Below are positions 61,095-64,000 of a stretch of 64,000 nucleotides of DNA, one piece after another; position 1 is the first letter of the stretch, and each line of letters opens with the position of its first letter. The notes beneath the pieces are model-generated. The model worked only from the letters and a program-made list of their open reading frames with translations, did no database searches and was not told the origin of the DNA. Source of the DNA: Candidatus Multivorans sp. (GTDB taxonomy: Bacteria; Acidobacteriota; Thermoanaerobaculia; Multivoradales; Multivoraceae). The position numbers and the translations under genes were made by a program. Where the stretch lies: contig CBDCYE010000001.1 of NCBI GenBank assembly GCA_965224025.1, positions 12,664 through 76,663 of the forward strand, read 5' to 3'.

Positions 61095-62110
61095 GCGGCA
61101 ACGCCCTCCTGGGAGCGCGGGCGTCTCGCCCGCATCCGGGGCGCAACGCCGCGCCAGGCGACGACCGCAACATCGTCCTGCGCGATGTCTCCAAGTTCTA
61201 CGGCGACGTGCTGGGCGTCAACGGGGTCGACCTGGTGATCGAGCCCGGGATCACCAGCCTCGTGGGCCCGAACGGTTCCGGCAAGAGCACCCTGATGAAC
61301 CTGCTCGCGGGTCTGCTGCGGCCGACCCGGGGGCAGATCAGCGTTCTCGGCGTCCCGGCCGGCCGGCCGCAGGATCTGTTCCGCCACTTCGGCTACTGCA
61401 CCCAGTACGACTCCTTCCCGCGCGGGGCGACCGGCTGGCAGTTCGTGTTCTCCTACCTGCTGCTCCACGGCTTGGACCGCAGCGCCGCCGAGCGGCTCAC
61501 CTCGCGGGCGCTGGAGCGCGTCGGACTGGTCGACTCGGCGCACCGGCGGATCGCCGGCTACAGCAAGGGCATGCGGCAACGGATCAAGCTGGCGCAGGCG
61601 ATCGCGCACCGGCCCCAGGTCATGGTGCTCGACGAGCCCCTCAACGGCCTCGATCCGATGGTGCGCGCCGAGACCATCGAACTGTTCCGTCAACTGGCGC
61701 GCGAGGGCCAGCACGTCCTCATCTCGAGCCACATCCTGCACGAGGTCGACCTGCTCTCCGACCGCGTGATCCTGATCTCGAACGGATACATCGTGGCGGA
61801 GGGCGAAGTGCCCGGGATGCGTGCCGAGGTCGAGGAGGTCCGCGAACGGCCGATGCAGGTCTTCGTGCGCTGCAACCGGCCCAAGTGGCTCGCTGCGCGC
61901 GCGTTCGAGCTCGACCACGTCACCGAGGTCCAGCTTCACGACGACGGCGGCGGCATCCATTTACGCACGCGCGATGCGGACCGCTTTCTGCGCCTGGTCG
62001 GTCGCCTGGTCGCCGAGGGCGGTGTCGAGGTCGAGGCGGTGGGCCCCGCCGACAGCGACCTGCAGGCGCTCTACCGCTACCTCGTGAACGAAGAGGAGGA
62101 GCCGTCGTGA
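61091..62110 (+). CDS. ABC transporter ATP-binding protein with a REP-derived N-terminus
   Basis: [27 protein letters not shown]; 61108-61140 is a REP copy ([11 protein letters not shown]). Confidence 0.92.
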   Translation: MSGNALLGARASRPHPGRNAAPGDDRNIVLRDVSKFYGDVLGVNGVDLVIEPGITSLVGPNGSGKSTLMNLLAGLLRPTRGQISVLGVPAGRPQDLFRHFGYCTQYDSFPRGATGWQFVFSYLLLHGLDRSAAERLTSRALERVGLVDSAHRRIAGYSKGMRQRIKLAQAIAHRPQVMVLDEPLNGLDPMVRAETIELFRQLAREGQHVLISSHILHEVDLLSDRVILISNGYIVAEGEVPGMRAEVEEVRERPMQVFVRCNRPKWLAARAFELDHVTEVQLHDDGGGIHLRTRDADRFLRLVGRLVAEGGVEVEAVGPADSDLQALYRYLVNEEEEPS

Positions 62111-62961
62111 CCGTGGTTCCCGAGGCCGCCGCTTCCAGAGGCTTCGACTGGGCGCTGCTCGGCCGGCAGGTCGGCGGGCTCGTGCGCCTGGAACTGCGCC
62201 GGCTGCTGCTCACCCGCCGGTCGGTGATCCTGGGGCTGGCCGCGCTGGTCCCGGTGGGGATCGTTCTGCTGGTCGGCTCGATTCCCATCAGCGGGCAGAC
62301 GGTGCTGGAGCGGTTCGGCAATCGCACGGTGTACGAGACCATCTTCGAGACCGTCTTCCTCGGCGCGATCCTGTTCTTCGGTTGCCTGTACGTGTTCTTC
62401 AACCTGTTCCGCGGCGAGATCCTCGAGCGCAGCCTCCACTACCTGTTGCTGACGCCGCTTCGCCGCGAGGTGGTGGTGGTGGCGAAGTACGTCGCCGCGG
62501 TAGCCGCCGTGGCGGCCCTGTTCATGGCCAGCACGGTTCTCAGCTACCTGTTGATCTACCTGCCGGTCGGTATCTCGGGCGCCGTCGACGATCTGACAAC
62601 CGGCCCGGGCGGCGCGCATCTCGTTGCCTACCTCGGCGTCACCCTGCTCGCGTGCATCGGCTACGGCTCTCTGTTCACGCTGATCGGCATGGTGTTCCGG
62701 AACCCGATCATCCCGGCCGGCGCCCTCTACCTGTGGGAAATGCTGCACTTCTTGCTGCCGCCGGCGCTCAAGAAGCTCAGCGTGATCCACTACCTGAAGG
62801 GCCTGCTGCCCGTGCCTCTCTCCGACGGTCCGTTCGCCGTGGTCGTCGAACCGCCGCCGGTGGCCGTCTCCGTCCTCGGCCTGCTGGCCCTGACCGCCGT
62901 CGTGCTCGCGGTGACCGCCCTGATCATCCGGCGCATGGAGATCCGGTACACCGAGGACTGA
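62107..62961 (+). CDS. ABC-2 type permease
   Basis: TM segments; [25 protein letters not shown]. Confidence 0.85.
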   Translation: MTVVPEAAASRGFDWALLGRQVGGLVRLELRRLLLTRRSVILGLAALVPVGIVLLVGSIPISGQTVLERFGNRTVYETIFETVFLGAILFFGCLYVFFNLFRGEILERSLHYLLLTPLRREVVVVAKYVAAVAAVAALFMASTVLSYLLIYLPVGISGAVDDLTTGPGGAHLVAYLGVTLLACIGYGSLFTLIGMVFRNPIIPAGALYLWEMLHFLLPPALKKLSVIHYLKGLLPVPLSDGPFAVVVEPPPVAVSVLGLLALTAVVLAVTALIIRRMEIRYTED

Positions 62962-62964
62962 CGC

Positions 62965-63390
62965 ATGTCCTCCATCGACATCGGCGGCCTCGCGGTCCCC
63001 GCAGCAGCGCTCACCTTCAAGTTCGTCCGCTCCTCCGGACCGGGCGGACAGAACGTGAACAAGGTCGCGACGGCCGCGCAGTGCCGCCTCGACCTCGACG
63101 CGGCCGGCATCGAAGGTCCGCTACGCCTTCGCCTGGAGCGCGTGGCCGGCAAGCGCCTCACCGTCGCCGGCGAGATCGTCGTGTCCGCCGACACACACCG
63201 CACCCAGGCCCGCAACCGGGATGAGGCTCTCACCCGGCTGGCGGCGATGATCGAAGAGGCGCGCCCCGAGCCGCGGCCGCGCCGACCGACCCGGCCCTCA
63301 GCCCGCGCCAAGGCGAAGAGACTCGCGGACAAACGGCGTCGCGGCGAGACGAAGAAGCGCCGCGGTGCGGTCGATGCCCGCGACGACTAG
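62965..63390 (+). CDS. arfB: Alternative ribosome rescue factor ArfB
   Basis: RSSGPGGQNVNKV, RTQARNR, basic tail RPTRP...KRR. Confidence 0.93.
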   Translation: MSSIDIGGLAVPAAALTFKFVRSSGPGGQNVNKVATAAQCRLDLDAAGIEGPLRLRLERVAGKRLTVAGEIVVSADTHRTQARNRDEALTRLAAMIEEARPEPRPRRPTRPSARAKAKRLADKRRRGETKKRRGAVDARDD

Positions 63391-63785
63391 TGCAACGCCT
63401 TCCGGCACGAGACGGTCGTGAACCGCCCGCGGTCCGCGGTCTCCAGATCGATCTCTATGTCCTGGCCGCGAGTCAGCTCATCCCACACCGGATGGTCGAG
63501 CTGAGGGCAGGCGATCTCAGCGGTCATTTGCTCCCGCTGGCGCCCGGTCATGTTCATCAGGTCGCCAGCGAACTCCGGGATCACCTGGACCCTGTGAATG
63601 AGCCGGTCCACTCGTTCCAACTCGCGGCCAACCCACACGCGGTTCCAACCCGGACGCAACCGCGTGGGTGGAAAGTCCTCACCGTGGCGGTACACCAGGT
63701 CGGCGCTGACGTGTGGCGTCGTGTTGCAGGCCGCGGGCAAGACTGCGGCGACGAGCAGCGGCAGCGGTAGGAGCGAGCGGCGCAT
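63387..63785 (-). CDS. Hypothetical lipoprotein
   Basis: Signal MRRSLLPLPLLVAAVLPAAC. Confidence 0.55.
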   Translation of the reverse strand: MRRSLLPLPLLVAAVLPAACNTTPHVSADLVYRHGEDFPPTRLRPGWNRVWVGRELERVDRLIHRVQVIPEFAGDLMNMTGRQREQMTAEIACPQLDHPVWDELTRGQDIEIDLETADRGRFTTVSCRKALH

Positions 63786-63853
63786 AGCGGCGGACAAACT
63801 ACCGCACTTGACGTGCCGGGGCGACAGTACGGCCCGCCGCTATGCTTCGCGGG

Positions 63854-64000
63854 ATGAAATCCACAGCCATCCTCGCGGCGTTCACCCTCACGCTCGCGGC
63901 GCCGGTCACCCACGCCGACGACTGGCCGCAGTGGCGCGGCGCCGAACGCCGCGGCGTCTGGCACGAGGACGGCATCCTCGACCGCTTCCCCGAGGACGGC
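63854..64000 (+). CDS. PQQ-binding-like beta-propeller protein, N-terminal part (truncated by the window end)
   Basis: MKSTAILAAFTLTLAAPVTHA-DDWPQWRGAERRGVW; DWPQWRG is typical of this family. Confidence 0.75.
   Translation, partial: MKSTAILAAFTLTLAAPVTHADDWPQWRGAERRGVWHEDGILDRFPEDG

Overview
A high-GC chromosomal window, probably from an Acidobacteriota member (inferred from three acidobacterial-type VWA proteins and the gene content). The backbone carries a TRAP permease, recA, murB, EPS glycosyltransferases, yceD-rpmF-plsX-fabHDG-acpP-fabF, a 16 kb translationally coupled aroD/E-hisZGDCBHAF(IE)-trpEGDCFBA superoperon, an ECF sigma/anti-sigma/ABC locus and arfB. Four observations stand out. 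(1) An unannotated leader peptide (25414-25509, ...QAWWAHGHGKG*) carries both Trp and His control codons; alternative hairpins follow it, one of which sequesters the first gene's Shine-Dalgarno, making it a candidate dual Trp/His attenuator for the merged operon. (2) A group II intron with an in-frame RT-deleted ORF has EBS1/EBS2 sequences matching the 13-bp tip of an IS1380 terminal inverted repeat, and it sits exactly there. (3) A NYN nuclease gene follows a promoter, a structured ~90-nt RNA and a terminator-like hairpin, resembling a type III toxin-antitoxin layout, inside a decayed island. (4) About 14 same-strand REP-like palindromes show stem covariation, and many are translated in-frame inside his/trp enzymes. 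No rRNA, tRNA or CRISPR array was seen. All calls come from reading the sequence; no searches were run.
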